Positions 55,559 through 64,000 of a DNA stretch of 64,000 nucleotides are shown here, one piece after another. Position numbers and translations under genes: made by a program. Positions within the stretch are counted from its first letter, which is position 1. Each line of letters begins with the position of its first letter. Origin of the DNA: Antedon mediterranea (lineage: Eukaryota; Animalia; Echinodermata); contig NC_092674.1 in the NCBI RefSeq assembly GCF_964355755.1, positions 12,524,001-12,588,000 on the forward strand, read 5' to 3'. The notes under the pieces are model-generated. The model searched no databases and was not told the origin of the DNA. It saw only the letters and a program-made list of their open reading frames with translations.

Positions 55559-56352
55559 GTTGGAACTGTTATTTGTAATAGTACAGGCCTAATTTAAATG
55601 CAGAAGCTCACAGTAAGTTTACGTCGTTGTACCATTGTTTCCTGTTAATTGGAATGTAATCAGTTTTTATTATAGTGATTTCTGATTTGACAAATTAAAT
55701 TTGTCAAAACCAGAAATCACTATAATGTATGACTGATGAGTTCAAGTTCAATCTGAAAACATCACTGATGACACAAATTATAGCTAAACATTAATTATTA
55801 TTGTCAACATAATCGAGTTGAAGGTATTGCTGTATATGTACGTAAATATCATAGTATAGCATACTGACAAAAAACGTTACATAAGGTAATTAGTCTATTT
55901 TCGTATACTAAGCGACTTACATTTTCTATACCTGACATAATTATTTGAATTATGTATATCCCAATATATTTGGTTGGTGTCATAATAGGCGATTTTAAAC
56001 TCTCATAAACATGCAATGAAATCCTCGTTATTGAAAAAAAAATCTATTTATTAATATTAATATAATATGTTTTCTCTTTTTACTTGGTTAGATAAAACAT
56101 GTTACCGAGAAACGGCAAACATTCTAGTTTAAATTCTTTATGTTAAGTACCCACAGATTGAACTATTTTCTGTAAGCTTAAATAGGTTTTCTTTTCGTTC
56201 ATGTGTTGGGAATAGAAAATATTTCTCTTCAAACAGTTTCCAAAATATTGGTACACAACAATGAAAAAAAAAATGTGTGTTAAGTTCTCGGTTACGGTCA
56301 ATAGAACCATTCTTGCGACAGAGTTGAACTTCGAAAATACCGGTCAGATGTA

Positions 56353-58487
56353 CAGTGGGGGAAAGGCACTTCGCGTTTTGACCGTTAAATCGTGTAAAAT
56401 CGACTTACTTCCGCATTGACGATTTTGAAGCGCCACCTATCGTTGAAAACTGAAACCACGATTTTTCGTCGCCTAGCAAATAAGTGCTGTTTTATTTTAA
56501 GCTCTCATGAATATTTATGAACCGCCCAACATTACCTATTATGGTAAAAGCATTTCCTAATAAGTATAATTGGATAACCAATCGGTTTCCTTCAAAGAAA
56601 CCAAAGCTAATACAATACATTCGGCGACTGAAGTCGGGACTCGTGAAATTTATAAATGTGGTACGATTTGACTACTGTTTTGTTGTCCATTTTCTGTCCA
56701 TAGTCGGAGGTGCATCCCAACAAATTACAAAAATTATAATCAATTGTTTTATCAAGAATAATATTAGTTTAATCGTTTAATCGAGTATGATATATTTCTA
56801 TCCTGTTAAAAATTTGTTGGTGTATTCTCAGGCCTCGAAAGGTAGGTACATTTTGTAGCTGTGAGCGTGGTTTCGGCAACGCGAGACACGTGTATCAGTA
56901 TAGGCGATAGCGAGACGTGTGTTGTACTGTGTTGATGCTGATCCGATAATCGTTAAGTTGTACTGATTACGAGTATCATTGGTCCTGGCCGGCCTAGCCT
57001 GGTCATCTGATCCTCCCAAAAAATACTTTTTTCAATCAGTATTAATATTATTATTTTTTTTTTCATTTATTATTTGATTTATTAGGCTCAATAGATGCCT
57101 AGCTAGGCTACTACTAGTTGGCCTAGATTATATAAATAATAATAGTAAATACTGTAATTTAAATAATAAAATACAGCCCCCCCGTTTTACTTCTTAGGAC
57201 ATCATATAATATTATAATTATATATACAGCCAGACATTAACATTTTTTTTAAATAATATTTATTATTTTTTCTGACACTTTCAGGAATCGTTGATGATGC
57301 AGAGTTCTTCGTCATTGTGACTTCAAATTGAGAGTGAAGTGGATAAAAAGATGACACCGGTACCTACCGACATTGTCATACCCAAACTATAATTTAATAA
57401 TTTAAAACAAAATGTTGAATTGCAAATAATATATGTATGTTGCAGAGGATTTAGATGAATTACAATACAAATGTTTTATGTTGAATGCGAGTTATACTCT
57501 GTAAATTATGTTATTGTCATGTGGTAGACCTTAAAAATTGAATATTTATTGTATGCTAGGCCTATATTATATTTTATTAATACTATTACTGTATTACTAT
57601 TATTTATATTAACAGTACTACTATAGTTGAATAAATAATTTGTTATTCAATCTAATTGCTTATTTGTTCATCGATAACAAAACAATTGTAAGCAAGTATA
57701 TAACAGTTCTTGTTAGCCGCTTATTTCAGGTCATATTATTAATATTAGCTAGGCCCGATCACAACGTCACTAAGTGACTTTCCGCCCCTGGAACAATCGT
57801 TCGCTAAATAGGGCTAGGCCTCGGACTCGTATAAAAGCTATTATAATAGTTATGATAAATATTCCTCAACTAAAATGTATATTGTGATAAATAAACAAGT
57901 AATAATATACGTTGTATTGGAATGTATTTATTTATATGAATTCTTATACGCGGACAATTATAAACATCGCGTATATCGTTCGCTATAAATAAATTCATAA
58001 ACACGATGACGACGTGTTTACAAAATGGCGGTTTCGCTAGTTTTCGATGGAACAAATAGAGATACCTTTAGTTTGAATAGTCGGAGCTGCATCCCAACAA
58101 CCGAATTTTGTATCTTAATATCGTATTCTGTGGATTATTAATTTTTCTAACAGGGATTTTAAATTCAGGACTGTTCAATTTTTCTAAATATTTTATTTTA
58201 ACGATTTTCTAGAGTAGGCTACAATTTCGGAAAAAAGACATTGGTTTATTTTGCCGTTAAATTATAGATTATCGTTTTGTTCAAATACATTTAATTTTAC
58301 ATGACAATATATCACAACCATTTATGAATTTATTTCACTAACAATATTTTTCCGATAATCAGCTAAATTTACAAATATTGTGTTTTTCAAACACCCTAAA
58401 ATTTAGCAATTTTGAACTAAATTAGAAAAGTAGGGCGCCCTCTCCGAGTCGAAATTTGACACGATTTGTCGACTGGCTCTCCCACTG
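56353..58487. mobile_element. Non-autonomous TIR DNA transposon (2,135 bp), superfamily unassigned
   Basis: CAGTGGG...CCCACTG termini; subterminal inverted AAATCGTGT.AAAT motif; 4-bp TSD TGTA (56349-56352 / 58488-58491); paralogous site at ~22637 is empty. Confidence 0.78.
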
Positions 58488-59427
58488 TGTAAAAACAAGT
58501 AAAACAGAATAAATTAGCAATTGTCACTGCATACTCATCCTTCAAACTAGCCGCCATCAAGCAAACACTCAATTCACACTCATTCAGATAAACAAAAAAA
58601 TGCACTTATTTTCGGATTATTTTTTTCTTACTTAATTTGTGTATTATTTTATATTAATGTACATCGTTTTTATTTAATATTATGACTCCAATTATATATT
58701 GGAAATAAGGATTTGATCGAGTCGACTTTAGATTTGCAAGTAACAGAGAAGCATTTCTCTTGTCCGTTGTCAGAAGGTTATTGAATCTTTGTTGATGATT
58801 TCTCTAATACCTATATGTAATTAACCGCTTTACGTCAATCTGTGTAGTAGGTACTAACAATAATATGTATTAGAACTCTAGTAACTGTCCTTTTCTGATA
58901 TCTATCTTCGACTCAATGTATTTCATTTCTTTCATGAATATGAACAGTTTATCTTAAATGAAAGTTGAATTGAATTTGAATTGCTTGTTTATTGTATTAA
59001 CCATTTTCTGTAATTTTAGTATTAATTTCTTTAAAATGAATCTTATGAGCGTTAGTTTTACAGCAACAATAGTACTTTATTTAACATTTTATAATAAAAA
59101 TAAATTACCTTGGATATGAATAAGTACAACACCGTGTTTGATATTATCAAGAAGTGATAACAGTAAACAATTGTATGAATATGCTTGATAAATAAATAGA
59201 CATAGCAGTCAATGAATTATTCAACAATTAGTATAATTGTGTTTGTTTTAGAATACAATATTGTGTGTATAAATGTACGTGGCGGAGCGTTTATTAGAGG
59301 GTGGAGGTTGGATATTCCAAAGATGTTTTATTGGCGAGGGGCGTTTATTCAAATATTTGCGGTAGGCCTAATTGGTATAATCAATATATTATTTAGTTTA
59401 AATCAAACACCAAGTAATGACAATCAT

Positions 59428-61411
59428 TACCCAAAAAGAAAATTAGAATATTTAATAATAATAAGCCTTGGCTCACAAAAGATGTAAGAAAGGAATTACT
59501 TAAGAAATATATTGCATCCAAAAACAAATGCAACGAGATGGAAAAGAAAAAGATTCAAAAATGTGTAAATAATAAAATCAAAGCATGTAAAAAAGAATAT
59601 GAAGAAAAAATTGAGAACAAATTCAAGTGCCGGGACACCCGTCAGGCCTGGAATGGAGTTAGGAAAATTACAGGTATGGGGAAGAAAAATAATGAAATTG
59701 AACACAGTTTTAAACCAAATGATTTTAATATTTTTTATTCTAGATTTGATGAAATAAATTTTAAATGTGAAATGACTGCATCTGCTGAAGGGTTTAAAAA
59801 TGAAATGAATGATAAAAGTGCAATAAAAATTGATGTAGATGATGTTAAGAAATATATGGAAAGGGTAAATGTTAGTAAAGCAAAGGGTCCGGACGGTGTA
59901 TCAGGGCGTTTGATTAGATCATGTGCCTCTCAGCTTTCACCAATAATAAGCCAGCTTTTCCAGTGTTCACTGAATACGGGGGTGGTACCTGATCTATGGA
60001 AGGTCTCTGAGATTATACCTGTTCCGAAAATGTGTAACCCTAAAATCATTAACGACTTCAGACCAGTGGCATTAACATCTATTCTAATGAAGATCCTTGA
60101 GAAAATTGTTAGAAGTCAACTAATGTCTGAATGTAGTGATTTTATGGAATACTAACCAATTTGCATATTAATGTAATATAGGGGTCGATGATGTAATTAT
60201 AACCTTGTTAGACCTGGTGGTTTCACGTTTAGATAAGAAGGGGACCTATGCTCGAGGGCTACTCATAGACTTTTCATCTGCATTTAATTTGATGCAGCCT
60301 CATATTTTAATGAATAAAATGTCTGAATGGAAGGTTAATACTTACCTTGCTCTATGGGTTGGTGATTTTCTTACAAATCGGCAACATTATGTTAAAGTTG
60401 GTAAATCTATCTCAGAGATTAGAAGGATCAACTCTGGTGCACCCCAGGGGTGTTGTCTGTCACCAAGTTTATTTACAATATATACTAGTGAATATCGATC
60501 TTCATGTAGCATTGTGTCATATAATCAAATACGCAGATGACATGGTACTGATTGGTCTATTGAAAAATGCTGACGATCATGTGTATAAGGCTGAATATGT
60601 TAAATTAATGTCATGGTGCAATGACAATTACCTTAAGATTAATTTTAATAAAACTAAAAAAATTATATGGGATTTTAGGAAAAAGAAAAATGAAAAGAGT
60701 TATCTGATAGTTAATGATCAGACAATTGAATGTGTTCATGAACCAAATATCTTGGTACACATATTGATGATCAACTTAGTTTTGAAAAAAATACGGCCGA
60801 GATAATTAAGAAAGGTCACCAAAGGTTATATTTCCTAAGAAAGCTAAATAAATTAATGTTAGCTGTGGTACTCTAAAATTATTCTATGAAACAGTTATTC
60901 AATCAGTACTAGTTATCTCTTTTATTGCTTGGTTCGGTAATTTAAATGAAACACACAAGAAAGGTCTCATTAGAATTACTAAGATAGCATCAAATATAAT
61001 TGGTTGTACGGTTAATGATTTAAAATATCTTTATGAAAAACAGGTCCTAAGTAAATTAAGTAAAATTTTAGAAGATAAGAAACATCCATTGCATATGATA
61101 TTTTTTAAGAACAAGTCAGACCGGTTACGGGCTCCTAGAGCTGATACGTCAAGAAACCGACTGTCTTTTGTACCAAATTCAACTCATATTTTTAACTCAA
61201 AGATTGTTAGATCATAATAGCGCACATGCAATATATATTTTAAAGTTTTACTGTTGATGGATGTTTTAATTAATGTTTTTAAATTGTAAATTTGTTCTAT
61301 GTATGATGTAATTATGAATGTTTTACCATATTTTTCTGTCGAGGAAAACAATTTTTCCATGTACAATTTAGTATATATGGAACGAATAAAGATTTGATTT
61401 GATTTGATTTG
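59428..61411 (+). mobile_element. 5'-truncated, disrupted Rex1/Babar-like LINE with (GATTT)n tail
   Basis: ORFs 59538, 60205 and 60347 contain KAKGPDGV, NDFRPVALTS, IDFSSAFN, GAPQGCCLSP, IKYADD; AATAAA then GATTT repeats; ATCAT duplicated at both ends; empty site at ~1158. Confidence 0.9.
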
Positions 61412-62380
61412 ATCATCAGTTAATAAGAAACACGTTTTAAACGGCTTGCAACATGAACCAAAGCATCACTGGTCTCAATGACGATGCAGTACATACAGAT
61501 AGCGCGCAGTCTGTTCAAACATAACAGCAACTCAACAACTCAGCTACCAATCGGCTATATCGATTTCTGATATAATTTTATATACTGATTTTACAATTTT
61601 CCCTGCAAAATACCTCGATGATGTTTTAATATGCTGGACTTTTTTTTTGCAGTATAATTTCATTTTGTTTAAACTACAGGCGTTGCCCGTGAAAAAAAAC
61701 CCCTGCCGATGAAATTAGAAATGTTGTTTTAAAACTTTCTATAATATCTGCCTAAGAGAGAAATTTGAACAATGGAATAGAACATGAACTCAGTACTTTT
61801 GGATTTTAACCCACGAAGCCTCAACCTTTGCAATCGAACATTTTACCGGCACAAACGAAGCAAATTGAAAAAGTCAACATGTTGCTGATCTGGTAGATAC
61901 CATTGACATGTTAGCGAAACAATACGCCATGTGTCTTAGAAAAGATAGTATTAAGGTTTTTTTTATTTTCTGATGTCATCGGTAGACTTTTAACGGCGGT
62001 AAAGTTACTTCCGAGTTCGTTATCACTTTGCGATGTCCGGGTTGCAACTACAAATTCGCTGTAGTCACAATAAAACATCTGTACGAAACTCGTGCAGCTG
62101 TCCCACATGTGAACGTGACATGTACATTGATATACATTTGAGTAAAAATATTCCATATTTCTCTCTTTAAACAAACTAAAAAAAATGAACTAATTTATAT
62201 TAATTATACTGTATATGGTTTGGCTATTTAATATTATTGTAACTCAGACTGTTTAAAACTTAATGAAGAAATAGCTCATAATGTTTAATATGTTATAAAT
62301 TGTGTATACACTACGATACGACGTGACGTTATTATTACAGTAGTAGACAATGTATAAATATTATAATGTACCGATGATAA

Positions 62381-62949
62381 TCTATATATAAATTATGGTT
62401 AATTCTGACAAAGGCGAGCACAATGCAAACACTTCGGTACAAATCTCCGCCTTGGATACCTACCTTATCTCTCCCAGATGTACCGCGAAACGTAGATTTG
62501 ATAACATTAGTTTTCACATCGACGCTATTGTTCCATATTTCAATCTTAGGAAGATATTATAAAGGGTTTTATAAGAAATTTTCTGATTTCAATCAGTAAA
62601 TTTTAACTCTACGCGCGGTAGAAGTAATTTCCGGGTTCACGGTAAGGTGTTGGTTTCAACCAGGGAGTTGTAAAACAACTACCTGTTTCAAGTGCTTGGT
62701 GGCGATAGCCATTTTGTGTTTTTGTTTATTTTCGGACCGCGCGTGTGAAGGTATATAATATAATCATCTAATACACTTAGGTTAGTGAGTACGTTTAGTT
62801 TTACGAATATCAAAAGCATAGTAACCGACCGAAATTGTCCAGGCCAGAATGTCCTTCTAAAACTGTTTACGACAAGAGTCATTATTATTCCGAGAACCAT
62901 CGTCTACACTTCCTAGAGGGGGAGCGAGAGAAGCGAGCTCACCCTCTAG
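62381..62949 (+). mobile_element. Short non-autonomous Helitron
   Basis: A|TCTATATATAAATT start; hairpin CTAGAGGG...CCCTCTAG|T end; shares CGAGAACCATC with the 18.2 kb Helitron end; absent from paralogues at ~7545 and 24105. Confidence 0.8.
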
Positions 62950-63270
62950 TAATTATTATTAATATTTATAAAGATTAAACAAGTTATTACCAAGTGTGAC
63001 ACCAGTTGTTACAAAACCTTGGTTAATCTGACTTTGCAATTTCAAGATTAACCTTGACGAGGCAGCGGTGTTCCGAACCATGTGAGGGGTACAACCGTGC
63101 AGTTCTCGACAATTTAGTTGCAACAAAAATGATCTGTAATATGACCCGCGATGTGGTTGCTTCATTTAGGTATGTTATTACTGACACGCCCTTTAAATTG
63201 TAAAATTAAACACTTTTTAAATCACACTTAATTATATAGTAATATTATTATTAATGTGTGTAACACTTAC

Positions 63271-63369
63271 TTTGGCCTGAAGATCCAATTTAGCACCTTC
63301 CTTGAGCAAAATAGTGCAAACATCTGTGTGGCCGTTTTGTGCAGCCAAATGTAAAGGTGACCATCCATC
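63271..63369 (-). CDS. Ankyrin-repeat exon (most 5' in window), one 33-aa repeat DGWSPLHLAAQNGHTDVCTILLKEGAKLDLQAK
   Basis: 99 bp, open frame; minus-strand acceptor TTTCAG and donor GTAAGT, phase 0/0; fits ankyrin consensus G-x-(T/S)PLH-x-AA-x-x-GH...LL-x-x-GA. Hand-translated; not in the ORF track. Confidence 0.92.
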
Positions 63370-64000
63370 CTGAAATATTACAAACTATGTTATAGTAATT
63401 TTTCTCTAAACAAAATATTATAATATTGTCCTGAAATCAATACGATGTGATCAATTAAAAATGACATTATAGATTTAGATAATGCTACATTATTAAATTA
63501 AATCAAGAGTATCAGCCCTTGATGTTTTCTTGAAGATAATGTATTGTATATGTATACATTTGTCTTTCTTGTATAACATTTATTATATAAGTGCTTTATA
63601 AATCTATAAAACAAATAAGTGGGGTTTTTTTGCCTTAAAAATAAACACTTCATCCGATAGTGCTAACTAGTCTGAGTGTAAATTATGATAAACTGGCAGT
63701 TAGCTAAAATATCCATACTTTAAATTCTGTTCAGGTAACACATTTTGACTGCTAAATTCTTATCATTCATGGTTTCATTTTACCGTTACTTGGAGGGGAT
63801 ATGTTTTTTTAAATGTTTTATAAAATCAAATAAAAATCTCGATTCATATCTATTTATTTTATCATTTTGCATAAAATACAGTGTTGCTCTACAGTACCAT
63901 CCAAAAACAGAAAACTGAAAAAAAAACACGAAATATCATTCTCTAACATTCAGTGCCCTAAAGGCATATGGTAATGATTACAGAATCTATTACGAGAGGT

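Noticed and set aside
55730-55770. CTGATGA boxes here and at ~45286 as hammerhead ribozymes
   Set aside because: No properly placed GAAA following a closed stem II.
58483-58489. RSS heptamer CACAGTG on the minus strand suggesting RAG/Transib-type recombination
   Set aside because: Formed by the TIR plus TSD bases; the other end reads TACAGTG; no nonamer seen, and no RSS-like signals flank the ankyrin exons.
59538-60805. RT acting as a diversity generator for the ankyrin exons
   Set aside because: An ordinary disrupted LINE RT inserted in one paralogue; exon substitutions are not adenine-specific and the exons retain their introns.

Overview
AT-rich, intron- and transposon-dense animal genomic DNA. 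The TE repertoire suggests a marine invertebrate, possibly a deuterostome (weak inference). The only host coding sequence I can find is six 99-bp minus-strand exons (63271-63369, 54185-54283, 49414-49512, 35439-35537, 24463-24561, 7904-8002). Each encodes exactly one 33-aa ankyrin repeat and is bounded by phase-0 TTTCAG/GTAAGT splice sites. Most of the window is built from nested tandem duplicates of an exon-plus-intron unit (youngest period 7,223 bp). The three lowest-coordinate exons are identical. The four distinct exon types differ almost only by amino-acid-changing substitutions concentrated on the ankyrin binding face, and they show intra-exon recombination. This is a candidate diversifying, DARPin-like modular receptor locus. 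Introns hold a young non-autonomous Gmr1-like LTR element, Helitrons, Kolobok- and hAT-like elements, Penelope remnants with a hammerhead ribozyme, LINE relics and a 5S/tRNA chimeric SINE. Comparing paralogues also reveals repeated TA to TAGGCCTA micro-insertions. All comparisons were made by eye; no searches were run.
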